Assembly (NCBI RefSeq): GCF_021028975.2
Contig: NC_059436.1
Location: 26,846,001 to 26,910,000, forward strand
Source: Sphaerodactylus townsendi
Taxonomy: Eukaryota
Reading direction: 5' to 3'
Length of the DNA: 64,000 bases
This document shows, piece after piece, positions 36,671 through 48,923 of the stretch. The notes below the pieces were generated by a model that searched no databases, was not told where the DNA came from, and was given only the letters and a program-made list of their open reading frames with translations. Each line of letters begins with the position of its first letter. Position 1 is the stretch's first letter. The position numbers and the translations under genes are program-made.

Positions 36671-38830
36671 CAGAGGTTGCACAGGACAGGCCTCTGCGCC
36701 TCCCTCCCCTCCAGACAAGGACTCAGCAAGACGGGGATGCCAAGGATAAGCCAAGCAAAAATCCACTTGGTGGGGTGGAGCAGCCTGACCGGCCGAACTC
36801 CTGCCCTACTGCAGCCTCAGCCTCATCGCTGCCGGCCTCTTGTGCAATATCGTCCTACCTCCCAAGGTTCTTTGTAAAGAACTTTAAAGGCCAAACTAAC
36901 CATGGTGCAGGGAATTCATGGCTAGGCTCTCTTTGATTGTGTGTGCTGAGTTCAAGACAGTAACAGCTGCCAAGCAGGGAGAACCCAGATCAGGGCCGCA
37001 GGATGGATATTTTACTGTTTCCCTCAGTCCATTTTTCCAGCACAACGCACACCCCCCCCCCCCCCCCCCGTGGTGGGATCCAGCAGGTTCACACCACTTC
37101 GGCAGAACCGGTTGTTAAAATGGTGCTTGTATACAACCAGTTGTTAAATTATTTGAATCCCATCACCGGAACTGGTTGTTAAATTATTTGAATCCCCCCA
37201 CTGCCCCCTCCACCACTCAGCGGATAGTTTCCCTACTAGGTAAAGTTTATATCCACCCAGCTAATGCCTGGGTACTTTCCTTACCCCTCCACCAGCAAAC
37301 AGAAATTCCCTGGGAAAAACTAACATTGGCAGGCGGAGGGGAAAGGGGTTTTACAGTCTCTTGTAACCATCGTCTGAATTCCTCTTTTCTGTAGCTGCTA
37401 TTAGCGTCTTTTTTTTTAAAAAAAAAAACACCTCTCCAAAGTTCCTGACTTGTGGCTGCATCCCTTTGGGAGGGGCTGTGAGTGAATGGTAGAGAATCTG
37501 CTGGGTCCCAGGTTAGTGCCCAGATTTTCCATTGTAAAAAGGACCAGATAGTAGGTTATGTGAAACAGCTCTACTGGGGACCCTGAAAATCTATGGTCAG
37601 GGAAAACAGCGCTGATGGACACAAGGCCAGGATGATCCAGGCTTTTGTGCACATACGGTGGCCACCCAGACTTTGTCGTAACCTTACCCAAAACAGTGCA
37701 GCAAAACAGATTTGGGAAAGACTGCAGGAAAGACAGGGAGAACCACGGGACGTGATTAAAGTATAATGATAGTGAAGGGGAGTGTGGAAAAACCTGCTTC
37801 CCAGTAATATCCACGCCTGGGCAAACAACATACTGCAAGTGACTTTTTTAAAAAGCTTAGAATTCAGAGGAATGAATAGATTGGGTTAATAAATTGTTGC
37901 AATGACACTGTGTTACAGAACATTGGTTCCCAGCCTTTTCAGTATGGTGACCCACAAGTCCAAATTTACTTGGGATGATGACCCATCCAGGGTTTGCCCA
38001 AGATTTTTTGGAGCCCCAGGCAAACGATGATCTTAGCAACCCATTAGTTTAGCCTTCCATTTTCTACAGTGGCTGCCCAGATGTTCTTGAGAAACCACCA
38101 GACATCACACAAAGGGCACAGCTGCCCCCACTATGAACCCCAAGCAAGTGGTATTCCAACATGCATATGGAAGTTAGATTTTACTGTCTAACCACCCTCT
38201 CCTCCATTATGCTCTCTAATCCTCCCTAAGTTCTTAAGAACCAACTAGCCCGTAACCATCAGGGCATCTCTTACTCGATCAACATGTACATGCAGGGGAG
38301 AAAAATATCCACTGATGCACGACAAGGAAGATCCTGTTTCCAGGGTCAGATCTTGGTTTCCAAGATACAAAAGAGAGCAATGCGAAGGGCAGGGGCGGCC
38401 ATTAGAGAGGGCTGGTCTGCATGCCACTTTCAGAGACTTTGTGACCCACTTTGGGGTCCTGACCCATAGGTTGGGAAACTGTACAATGCAACTGCAGATT
38501 TTTTTTAAAGGCCTCAAAAAACCCTGTGATGATACAGCTGGGGAAGAAGTGGCCTCGAGGAGCTGACAGAAAGAAAATGGTGCTGACGTAAACTGGATTT
38601 CCAAATCGCACGTGGCAAACTCACTGAACTGTTGTGCCTCCTGTTCTGATTCTGCTATTCCACTTGAATTGTCAACTTTAATTACAGGCATCAGTCCACT
38701 CCCCATATGGCTTGACTGTTGACTTATCAATATGTCAGTTTTGTTTAAAAGAAAAGTTGAGGCACTAGTAGACATTACAGAGACATCCCACACATTTTTA
38801 AGCAAATGTTCACATCTACAAAGGCTAGAT

Positions 38831-38949
38831 CAGGGGTCTGCAACCTACGGCTCTCCAGATGTTCATGAACTACAATTGGCCATGCTGGCAGGGGCTGATG
38901 GGAATTGTAGTTCATGAACATCTGGAGAGCCGCAGGTTGCAGACCCCTG
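38831..38949. mobile_element. Palindromic hAT MITE, internally deleted
   Basis: TIR CAGGGGTCTGCAACC; TSD GGCTAGAT. Confidence 0.9.
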
Positions 38950-39198
38950 GGCTAGATCCTTGCTCACCTTTAGAAATGAACACAGAATTTCTCAGGAAGT
39001 TGAATTATATGTCCAGTCATTATCACATCCTACATTTTCTTCTGCACACGGCCAGAATCCCAACATAGGCACTGCTCTGCATATGCCCATAACCCAGGAC
39101 CTTTAATGGTGCTTCTTAAGAACAACACATTGCTGTTTGGTACCTGGGCTGCTGTGGGAGGAAACAGGAGGATGTGAAGCAGCTCTGCACTCTCCTAC

Positions 39199-39466
39199 CT
39201 GTGTTTGCCCAAAGAAGCTACTGTCGGCTTCATCCAGCCACTTAGCTAGGCCCTGTCGTCTCCCGGGCTGCAACCCCCAATCCCTGTGCGGTGGGGCGCT
39301 TTCCCTCTCCTCTGACGAGTCAATCCGCATGTGCTCCGGCCTCTCCCGTTCCCGGCCCCGCATTTTGTATGGCATCGCTTGTCGCAGCAACGGTGGGGTT
39401 GACACTCCCTTGGGCAGATCTGACAGACTGGAGATGAAGGTGCTCTCCACCGTCCAGTCGCTGAGC
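39199..39466 (-). CDS. ANK1: ANK1 exon (~ex39), regulatory domain
   Basis: RLSDWTVESTFISSLSD...FFGQTQ (start resembles human RLQDWDADGSIVSYLQD); aagcag acceptor, CAG|gtagga donor; 268 nt, phase 2 to 0. Confidence 0.85.
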
Positions 39467-40264
39467 CTGCTTACCAAGGACAGAAAGAGAGGCTCACAAC
39501 TCCTGGCTTCTTTATGCAATGCAGACAAGCAGAAGAGCACTTTTTAAAAAATAGGAAGCTCCCCGCCCCCCAACTCCCGCAGTCTGGCCTGCATGGGGCA
39601 AAGATGGCAAAAAACCTTTATGTGGCCAAAAGCAGTAACTCCCGCCTAACAATGTGAGCCTCTTTGCCTTGTGAACTTCTGTCAATTTTGCTGCGTATCA
39701 ACTGCCAAAAGATTTCCCTCAACAAATCCTTGGGATTATAGCTTGGGAATGGTTGACGTGAGCATCCCAGCAAACTAAATCACCCAGGCTTCTAGCCCTG
39801 TGGTGGTCTTCACTTTGTGGTTTGCAGTTTATCAACCGCAAAGCCACATTTATTTCTATCTCTGCCACGAGGCCTGCCCCTCAAGGAGGCTCACAGCTCA
39901 CCCGTTTCCCAACTGGCAGCTGTTTCAAGGTGAGAATCACTAGCCAGCTGCAAACCTCACCAAGCATGGGCCTTGTTGACCTTCCTGAAATATGGGGCAG
40001 GTACCACATCATGGGAAGAACCACAAGTGGCATGTCAAAGAGCTACATGGGGGTCCCAAGCCACTGAGTTTCACTGATCTAGTGTAATGGTCCAACTGGA
40101 GAGATGTTCTTCCCTTCCACCACCACCCGCCCCCCCCCCCCACCACACACACACAGTAGACTGATCTGGGTAATAGAGATTTGACTTTTGCCTTCCATGA
40201 CAAGCCCTACTAGGATTGCTGCTATGTTCTCTATGTTGGGGCAGCCCTTGAATACAGTCTAGGA

Positions 40265-40410
40265 CAGTGGTGGCGAACCTTTGGCACTCCAGATGTTATG
40301 GACTACAATTCCCATCAGCCCCTGCCAGCATAGCCAATTGGCCATGCTGGCAGGGGCTGATGGGAATTGTAGTCCACAACATCTGGAGTGCCAAAGGTTC
40401 GCCACCACAG
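40265..40410. mobile_element. Palindromic hAT MITE
   Basis: TIR CAGTGGTGGCGAACC; TSD GTCTAGGA. Confidence 0.9.
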
Positions 40411-40416
40411 GTCTAG

Positions 40417-40703
40417 GAGCAGCAGTGGCTTAGTGGTTCAGAGCAGGTGTACTCTAATCTGGAGGAACCAAGTTTGATTCCCTGCTCTGCCGCCTGAGCT
40501 ATGGAGGCTTATCTGGGGAATTCAGATTAGCCTTTACACTCCAACACATGCCAGCTGGGTGACCTTGGGCTAGTCACAGCCCTCTCAGCCCTACCTACCG
40601 CACAGGGTGTTTGTTGTGAGGTGGGAAGGGCAAGGAGATTGTAAGCCCCTTTGAGACTCCTAACAGGAAAGAAAGGGGGTGATATAAATCCAACTCTTCT
40701 TCT
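40417..40703 (+). mobile_element. Squam3-like tRNA SINE abutting a hAT MITE
   Basis: Same family body and tail. Confidence 0.85.
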
Positions 40704-41591
40704 AGAAATGGCAGCTGATCATCCAGCCTTCAGGAGGCAAATACTCCCTTACCCTGAAATATCTTCCGCCACTGCCTGTATGAGATGGTTGCTTACTAGA
40801 GCATTTGCTCTCACCTGAACCTCCTTGTAGTCTTATGGCGGAAGAACACACTGTCTTGGAAAATACATGTTCCAAAATTAATGCCTCTGCCCACTAACTC
40901 CACCTGCACCTGCCAATTCTTGACTAAAAATAAGATCACTTCCACCCCCAGGTCACTTCCGGTTTTGAAGCTCAAATAGGGAGAAATCATTTAAAATGTT
41001 CAGGAAGGGACTGGGCAGGCGTAAATTCTTGCAAATTCTTTCCTGAAAGCGTGCCTCAATGCTTACATTCACTTCATGAAGTGAGTACAGTACTAGTACC
41101 CCATATTGGCTCAAAATATCTAACTCTTCTGGGAAACCCCTGCTCTTTGAGCTGCTACCTTTGGATTGAGCCAGGGGTTTTCTGTGATGGTGACACAGCC
41201 TCAGAATTCCCACCTGCAGGAGATCCAGGGCACAACTAGATATTACAACATCCATGGGTTGGCCCTGCGGATGCCACCATTTCACAGCTGAAGCTAGGCC
41301 ACCTAAAATGCCACGAGAGCACGGTGGTACCAAGCGCTCTTGTCCCCTGCCCATGCCTTTCCGAGTGTTTTTAAATGGCCTGAGTTTTCCTCAGCAGTGT
41401 CCACAGGTCAGTCCAGTGCAACGTCTGTTTGTGCTCTCCCTGCACTTTGTCTTAGATGCTGATTTGGGGCACTCTCTCAACTTGTGTGCTTAAACTGGGT
41501 TTTACCCCTCCACCAACATCATCTGTTCCTCTTCCTGCCACTCCAAGCCTCCACCTCCTACCCCTGCTGACCCTGTAAGGTGATTCATTAC

Positions 41592-42146
41592 CTGTCTTTG
41601 CCTTTGTCTATGACACGACTGACTGTGGGCGAATCCGTGATGCGGGCCTGCACCCTCTGCTGGCCTGAAATGAGAGAGACTTCACCATGGGAACCTGGAC
41701 CCCCCGCGGCCCCGCCTGGTGCTCACCATCTGGCCTCCTCCCCTCTGACCTCTGACCTTCCTCCTGCTCTAGTGTGTCCATCAGGCCATTCATGGCGTCT
41801 GAATCCACTGTGTCGTCCTCAACCAGGTCCATGGAGCCCAGCGGGTCAGGGCCATGCGCATCCTCCAGGTGCTGCCCCGGGAACCGGCCTTCGCTCGTGG
41901 CATCCGAGTCCTCGGCCTTGCTGCACTCCAGGGAGGAGTCTTCGGCAGTCACCAGCGAGGGCGTGAGCCCCGAGGACCACACCTGCATGTCGGACATCTC
42001 CATGAGGGCGTCCTGCTCGGTGGCGGCCATGGGGATGGCATCCATGATGGCCACCTCACTCCAGTATTGGTCGACACGCAGCGGGGAGGGCAGTGCGTAA
42101 TGCAGGGAGGCGGGGGAGAGCAGCTCATCCTGCAGCGAAGCGTAAC
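41592..42146 (-). CDS. ANK1: ANK1 exon (~ex38), regulatory domain; apparent 1-nt frameshift near 41700; internal alternative acceptor at 41664
   Basis: [14 protein letters not shown]...[17 protein letters not shown]...EQEEGQRSE, then in a shifted frame [31 protein letters not shown]; 555 nt where the phases require 3n+1. Confidence 0.93.
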
Positions 42147-42460
42147 CTGCATGGGCAGACAGAGGGCGACAGACTGACACGCTGGACTGAGGGCAGCACG
42201 CGCAGCCCCGGCCCTTGGGGTGGGGGGTAGGGGTGACCCACACATTTGTAAATTAAGAGATCCCAGTTCCAGTTTCCAAATGAATATAACCGGGGCGGGA
42301 GGGCAAAGCTAGCAAATAGAGTTTGCCCCAAGGAGGCATCAGTTTACAGAAAGGAACTGTCTATTCTGCATCATAACCCTGCTGGGCTAAAATCTAAACC
42401 GCTGCTTTCAAATGGGAACCAGAAGTGGGATTCATGTCTCTTTAGTCCCTTGCTCTGCGC

Positions 42461-42587
42461 CAGGGGTCTCCAACTTTGGCCCTCTAGATGTTCATGGACT
42501 ATGATTCCCATCATCCCCTGCCAGCATGGGAACTGATGGGAATCATAATCCATGAACATCTGGAGGGCCACAGGTTGGAAACCCTTG
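42461..42587. mobile_element. Palindromic hAT MITE, older copy
   Basis: TIR CAGGGGTCTCCAAC; shared core; degenerate TSD. Confidence 0.8.
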
Positions 42588-45125
42588 CTCTACATTGCTC
42601 CGCAAAACCATTCTCCTGACATGGGCTTGGAAGGGACTAGAAACAAACTTCTGCTGCTTGGGGGCCAGTCAGGAAGTGCCTGGCGGGAGTGGAAAAAGGA
42701 AAATAAAACCTAACAATGAAACAAAACTCCACAATGTCTAATGTTTTCATACCGAAGGCTCACATTTTCTTTGCACCGCCCACCCTTGTGTATACTATTA
42801 TGTGAATGCCTGGTTGTCATGAATGTGGAACAGAAGTGGAGGAGAGGCATTTGTAACACAAATAAGCATTCTGGCCATGGAAGGTTTTATATTTGCATTA
42901 CAGAATGAACTGGTGGAAATAAATACTCCCCCCAAAGCTTTAAGCTTTGCGTATGAAAACTCCCTTTAAGACTTTGATATCAATAACCATTAAAAAGTCT
43001 TTCAGGTAGCAACCCCTGACATGTTTTAAACTATTATTTGTAAAATGTATTTATTTTTCTATTCAAATTACTCAAGGCCAACAATATTATTATTGGCGTC
43101 GTCATCATTACAGAACGTTTCTTTAGATCGTTTAAATTCTCTAACAAACTCCAAAGAATGACTTTTGGAGTGTGAAAGGTCTGACTTTTCTTTTTGATTT
43201 TATAGACTTCAGGATCAGCCAGACGATTTGTTTCACTGAATGATTTCTCTCCTCCGCCCATTTCCATTTCTCTCCTGCAGAATGGTTAAGAACTGGTATC
43301 TGCAGTTCTCCACTCTCTCCTGAATCCCTCATACTCTCTAAGAATTTTCCCCTGGCAGGGGCTGATGGGAATTGTAGTCCAGGAACATCTGGAGAGCCAC
43401 AGGTTGCAGACCCCTGGCTACTGAGAAACCAAACCCAGAAATCTTGACTAAGGGCTCTCCAGGCAGAAAACAACCAGACATGACTGAGCATATCTACAAT
43501 AGTTCTTAATGTTTACATTTTGATTTTAAAGCAGCTGTCGAGAGCTGCCAATTTGTTCAGAGCAGCCGTGGCCGGGGTGTTTGTGTGGGGGTGGGGGTTA
43601 GCCTTCTTCCCCCGAGCTATTCTCCTGATCATAAGATTCTGTCAGCTCCATGGGTGGATGGGGTATGGCAGCTTGGAGAGAATATATTTTTTTTAGGGAG
43701 GAAGCACATTTGCTGCCCCCTAGCAGCTGTTTTCGAACAAAAGCAGAAACATCCAGAGCTCTCTTCCATATGGCATAATTTTTGGCCCTTGCAGAGGTGC
43801 TTGTTAGTTTTATTCATCTTTTCTGACCCCAAACATTCTTCTGCAGGGTTGTCTAGAGGCCTGGGGAGAAACGCCCTGTCCCTTTAAATGGGGAGATTAA
43901 ACTTTTCATAGCATCAGGTAGACATCATTTCCTGGTAAATAACATCCCGGTATACTTTTACTAAAGGAAGAGGACATTTTTTGTCCCTCCAGGTGAGTTG
44001 GCAACCTGGGGAATCAGTGGCTCGAGCCCTTGTGCTTTTATGAGACATGAGGCATAGGATATAAGAACCATGGCGCCTTACGCCCCTGCCTGGAACAGCG
44101 CTCCCAATTCCTCCCCTGTCCATCCCGTTGTTAGACTTGGGCTGAGTTAGTTCTGAGCATGATGCAACTCTCTGCTGCACTCTGCCTTCCCAAAGCATAT
44201 TGCCAGCCCACTCCTTCACTGCACTCGCACCTAAAGCAAAACGCTACTCCTGGCCTGTCATTCTGGCAGCGGTTCTGGTCTGCCAGAGTTTGTTCACACC
44301 GATTGCTCAAAAAAGTTGCAATCGGTGGCCACTCCCCAAAGGGGTCTTGACCTTGGCAGCAAAAACAGCAGAAGGGTCGTCTGGCACTTCCTGTGACCAA
44401 AAACATCCATTGTTGCACCCAAAAGGGCTCCCACTGGAAACGCCTGGCTATTTGGCAAATACGAGTAAGGCACATTGTGGCTGCCAAGGGCACCCAGGTC
44501 ACAAAGGGGAGAAAGCCTGAGATGGCAGGACCCCTGTTCGTAGCACAACCCCTGGCTGCATTCCTGCCAAAGGGCTCAGGTCTGGGAAGGGGAGGGAGAG
44601 ATAAGGATAGCAAAGGATGGATGTGAGTGGATGTACTTATGCCTCCCATCCCAGGTTCAGTTACAGAGTGGGACAGAGACTGCAAAGTTCAAAGGCTCCC
44701 TGGTTTCCTCCCCCCTTTCCATCTGCACAGTTCCCAAGCTGATGTCACTGTTGCCTTTGCTCACGTCCATCCTTTGCTATGCGGACCTCTCCTTTCCCTT
44801 TGTTATCCTCACTGTCTCGAGATTGGGACTGTAAGCTCCTTGGGGCATAAAGCTCTGTAAAACACCTCTGAGTACGCACTGGTGACACTGAATAAACAAA
44901 ACAGCCAAAGGTTCAGAGGGCAACCTCCTCCTCCCCCCCCCCCCCAGTGCACGGATGCAGTTAGAGTTAGGGCCACCTCTGCTCCATGCAGACTTTAGCA
45001 GAACTCATTGGGTGCCTGCAGGACTTTGCCTACTCAGCAATGCGGGGAGGGGCATTGGTGGGTGTTCCTTCCGGGAGCCAATCAGTCCAGGCAGGATTGG
45101 AAATTAGCAGGCTTGGGGAGCAGAC

Positions 45126-45146
45126 CTTCTTGTTTCATCAGAGCAG
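45126..45146 (-). CDS. ANK1: Candidate 21-nt alternative ANK1 microexon (adds AALMKQE)
   Basis: ~60-nt polypyrimidine tract ending cccccag|CTGCTCTGATGAAACAAGAAG|gtctgc; phase 1-1, stop-free; TGCATG motifs on both sides; no transcript evidence. Confidence 0.45.
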
Positions 45147-46610
45147 CTGGGGGAGGGCAGGGAAAGGAAGCCAGGAAAGGGGCGGCAGCAAAGGGCAAAG
45201 GAGAGACAGTCAGCTGTGGCCGCTCAGAAAGGCATGCCAGGTCAGGTCAGGCGCATCATGCATTCGACAGCAAGGCAGAAGCTTTCAGATGACTCAGCTC
45301 AGACAAGAGAAAAAGACAGAGACAGTGGAGACAGGCAGTGGAGGAGAAAGAGGAGGAGGAGGAGGAGAGAGAGAGGTCAGGATGAGGCCAGAAGACAAAG
45401 GTGACAGGCACCTACTGGCCAGCCATCTCTGGAGGAACTTGCAACCCCCCATGGCTAGACAGCACGTGGAAGAGAGCGGACCATACTGGGAGTGGGAAGG
45501 GAAGGAGAGAAAGAGCCAGTGCACCTTGGGACACCTTTGTACACCACTCCAGACCACGGCGTTGCCCTGCCGAACCAGCGCCCACTAACCCACACAGAAA
45601 TCTCTCGTACTGCAGGCATCCCTCTCCCAGAATCTACCACTGACCACAACAAGGCCACCTTCTGCCTCTTGGCCCAGCTCCTGCCCCCATCTCCACTCAA
45701 GCCCCTGTCAATGTCCATTGTCTGCACAGAGGGCCCCACTCAACACTCAAACTCACGTTCCTGTCCTGAAGAGTTCCCATGCTTTTCAAGGCACAGAGGC
45801 ACAATTCCAGACAACTCAAGGGGGATGTGTTGTTTCATTAACCACAGAGGAAAAACAGGTTTGTTGGAACTTATTGCATTCCTTGTAATCTACTCTTTGC
45901 TGAACTCATGCGACTTCTCTGCATCTCACTCTATGTGCTTGCTCTCCGCTATCCATCAATACATGGATGGACACATCCTGGTCTCTGTTACCCCCTTTTC
46001 TCTTCCCACTCACACTTCTTTTTGGGCCTCCGTTTCTCAGCAACCTCTTTTCTACCTTTCCCCAACTCACTGTTCTTTCTGCCCCCACCATGTTACACCC
46101 CCTCCCCCAAGCCCCCTTCCACTTTGCACTCTGTGGCATAAGAACATAAGAACTAGCCTGCTGGATCAGACCAGAATCCATCTAGTCCAGGATGTGAAAG
46201 CAATGGCCTTCTGCGCACTCTTCCGTTTCTCTCTGTTCCACCACAGGCCTTTCTGCAATTTCCAGCTCAGCTTTCCCCACTTGCTTCTCTGACTCTTCTC
46301 CCTCCATTCCCCACCATTTCTTTCTTGGGCTTCTTGGTTTTGCCCTGCCCTTATCTCTGCTCTTCTTCGCTGAGCTCCAGGCCAACCGTACACAAGGCTT
46401 CCACTCTCCCAACAATTCGTACCACAAGAAAAGCTCAAGACAGCAGTTTGGCTGACTGCGACAGGAGGAACAACGCAGCCCCAGCGACACAGACACTCTC
46501 CCACCTCCAGTCTTGGGCAGGCCTTCTTGCATCATTTTGTTGGCATAAGAGCCACAGCATCATCGCTCCTTCCCAAGTAAATGCTCAGATTAACTGGCAG
46601 ACCCAGCTAC

Positions 46611-46825
46611 TGTATTGGTCAAAGGCCTTCACAGCCGGAATCACAAGGGTGTTGCGGATTTTCTGGGTCGTATGGCCGTGTTCCAGTAGCGTTCTCTCCT
46701 GACGTTTCACCTGCATCTGGGGCTGGCATCTTCAGAGGATCTGAAGATGCCAGCCATAGATGCAGGCAAAGCGTCAGGAGAGAATGCTACTGGAATACAC
46801 GACCATACAACCCGGAAAGCCCATA
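46611..46825 (-). mobile_element. Penelope-like palindromic fragment in ANK1 intron 37
   Basis: Inverted arms around 46740; terminal gtgaaggcctttgaccaataca. Confidence 0.8.
46698..46738 (-). ncRNA. Minimal type I hammerhead ribozyme motif (Penelope-derived)
   Basis: cct-CUGAAGA-u-gcc...ggu-GAAAC-GUC-agg; conserved core nucleotides present; activity unknown. Confidence 0.65.
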
Positions 46826-47214
46826 CTAGACAGCTTTTTCTAATGCAACTTCACTTGCACTTATCACCCTTCCCTTCCCTTTCTTCCTTATCAAACCACA
46901 CCGCAGTACCTGATCACACCTCGGCATCCCACAACCTTGTGCATTTCGTCCATTCCGCCGAGCTGGGCAGTTCTGGCTGAGACTAGCAGAAGAAGGGGCT
47001 TCCAGCAGGGAAAGTTAGCAGGCAGTAGCTGGTGGCTGAGTGGATCTCAGGAACCAAAGAACAGGCTAGAGAGACAGCAGAGGTCCGGAAAGAGGGGCAG
47101 CCACGCTCACAAAGCCTGCTCAGGCCTAGCCTGCACACACAATTCCAGGATCAGTGGAACCGGCAAGGATCTGGCACGACTGAAATAGTTCAGCACGTCT
47201 GGGCAGCAACTCAC

Positions 47215-47361
47215 CATTCATCTGGGAAGGTGACAGAGAGTAGTCCCTATGCGGGTAGCGTTTGTCACCTTTCAGACTGCGGCTCTGCCGTACAGAGCCT
47301 TCCAGCATGTTGATGATCTCACCACGGTCAATGTTACGCAGAGCTGTGTATAAGTTCTCTA
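47215..47361 (-). CDS. ANK1: ANK1 exon (~ex37), death domain end
   Basis: [48 protein letters not shown]; 147 nt. Confidence 0.97.
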
Positions 47362-47990
47362 CTGCAGAAACGGAAAGAGGGAGACACATTACCCATACAA
47401 AGAAGACTCCTGGACTAAAAGTAGAAATTCTGATCAGTAACAAGGAGTAGCACAACAAATACACTTTGTATAGCTATATAAGTGCAAGCTCTAGGATTGA
47501 CTACCAGAATGTGTCTTTTGTGGGCTGCCCTTGACAGCACCCAACGGTGCAAAATGCTATTGCCTGCTTTCTGGAGGGTGAAGGGAGTTGGGGACATATT
47601 TAAAAGTACTAAAAGCAACCAGCAGTGGGGCTGGCCTCTTACTAATTTCTGCGCCACTTCACAGTGCCTGGATTGGCCTCTGGTTTTGGTCAGCTTCTAC
47701 CTGGCTTTCCTTTTTTCAAGGAGGCATCATATTTTGAATCAAGCAAGGGCAGAAAAGCATCCTCTGTGTTTGCATACAAAGTCCCTGGGGAAGGATCAGA
47801 CTACAGTTGAGACTGACATGGAGTAACATAAGCTACACATGTGGATGGAACTTCTCTTCAACAGCCTGCCTTTCTACTCTGTGGCTGCTAAAGGGTAGTA
47901 ACATTAACTAACATAAATGTCTTTATCTTAAAGTTTCTTTGAAATCCTTTTTTTCTTAGTTGAAAAAACCCCCAAATAAAATAATGGACA

Positions 47991-48575
47991 AGAAGGAGGA
48001 GGAGTTTGGATTTATACCCCACCATTCTCTCCTGTAAGGAGACTCAAGGCAGCTTACAAACTCCTTCCAGTGTGGTGCAGTGATTAACAGCAGGTACACT
48101 CTAATCTGGAGAACCGGGTTTGATTCCCGGCTCTGCCACTTGAGCTGTGGAAGCTTATCTGGTGAACTAGATTAGCTTGTGCACTCCAACACATGCCAGC
48201 TGGGGGACCTTGGGCTAGTCACAGTTCTTTGGAGCTCTCAGCCCCACCCACCTCTCAGGGTGGTTGTTGTGGGGGGGAGGAGGGAAAGGAGATTGTAAGC
48301 TCTTTTGAGTATCCTTACAGGAGAGAAAAGGAGAATGTAAATCCAAAGCTCTTCTTCTCTCTTCTCCCCACTACAGATACCTGTAAGGTAGGTGGGACTG
48401 AGAGAGTTCTGAACAAACTGTGACTAGCCCAAGGTCACTCAGCAGGAATGTCAGAGTGCGAAAACACATCTGGTTCACCAGATTTGAATCCGCCGCTCAT
48501 GTGGAGGAGTGGGGAATCAAACTCAGTCCCCCAGATTAGAGTCCACCTGCTCTTAACCACTACACCACAGTGGTT
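47991..48575. mobile_element. Nested Squam3-like SINEs: plus copy (48068-48357) inside a minus copy
   Basis: Minus-copy tail 47991-48067 and head 48358-48575 are interrupted by a complete opposite-orientation copy. Confidence 0.85.
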
Positions 48576-48791
48576 CTCTAAAAAAAAAAATCTCAATTTA
48601 CCACAGAACACATGAAGGGGGTGCAAAGGGCATCAGTGAGGGAGTTTCCACTTAAGAGGGGAGGGCGGGTTGGCTGCTTCCCAACAAATGCTATGGGTTA
48701 ATTGGGGACCTTGTGAAGGTAAAGCCCTGTGGCATCTGTCAGGCCAAACAGCTCAAGCCCATGTGCCCGCAGTGATTTCCTTAACACTCAC

Positions 48792-48923
48792 TGTTGGCGT
48801 TCTGCCCACCACGGCTGGTCCAAAGGTTCAGTAGAGCCATGCTCTGCTCAAGCAGAGAGTTGGGGTTCTCCACACGGATCCTGTTGATGTCATCAACCCC
48901 AAACTGTAGTTCCCGGGCCAGTT
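48792..48923 (-). CDS. ANK1: ANK1 exon (~ex36), death domain
   Basis: [44 protein letters not shown]; 132 nt. Confidence 0.97.

Noticed and set aside
40953-41354. 133-aa minus-strand ORF as ANK1 exon 39
   Set aside because: No similarity to ankyrin; the exon at 39199-39466 fits both homology and phase.
41695-41715. Programmed -1 ribosomal frameshift in ANK1 exon 38
   Set aside because: No canonical X XXY YYZ slippery site with A/U; an indel in a G homopolymer is the simpler explanation.
45421-45490. Second possible cassette exon after a pyrimidine tract in intron 37
   Set aside because: Available donors give non-3n lengths or include a stop; no supporting homology.
45492-46292. 266-aa plus-strand ORF (and 44986-45588)
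   Set aside because: Antisense intronic sequence running into a CR1 fragment and simple repeats; no protein features.
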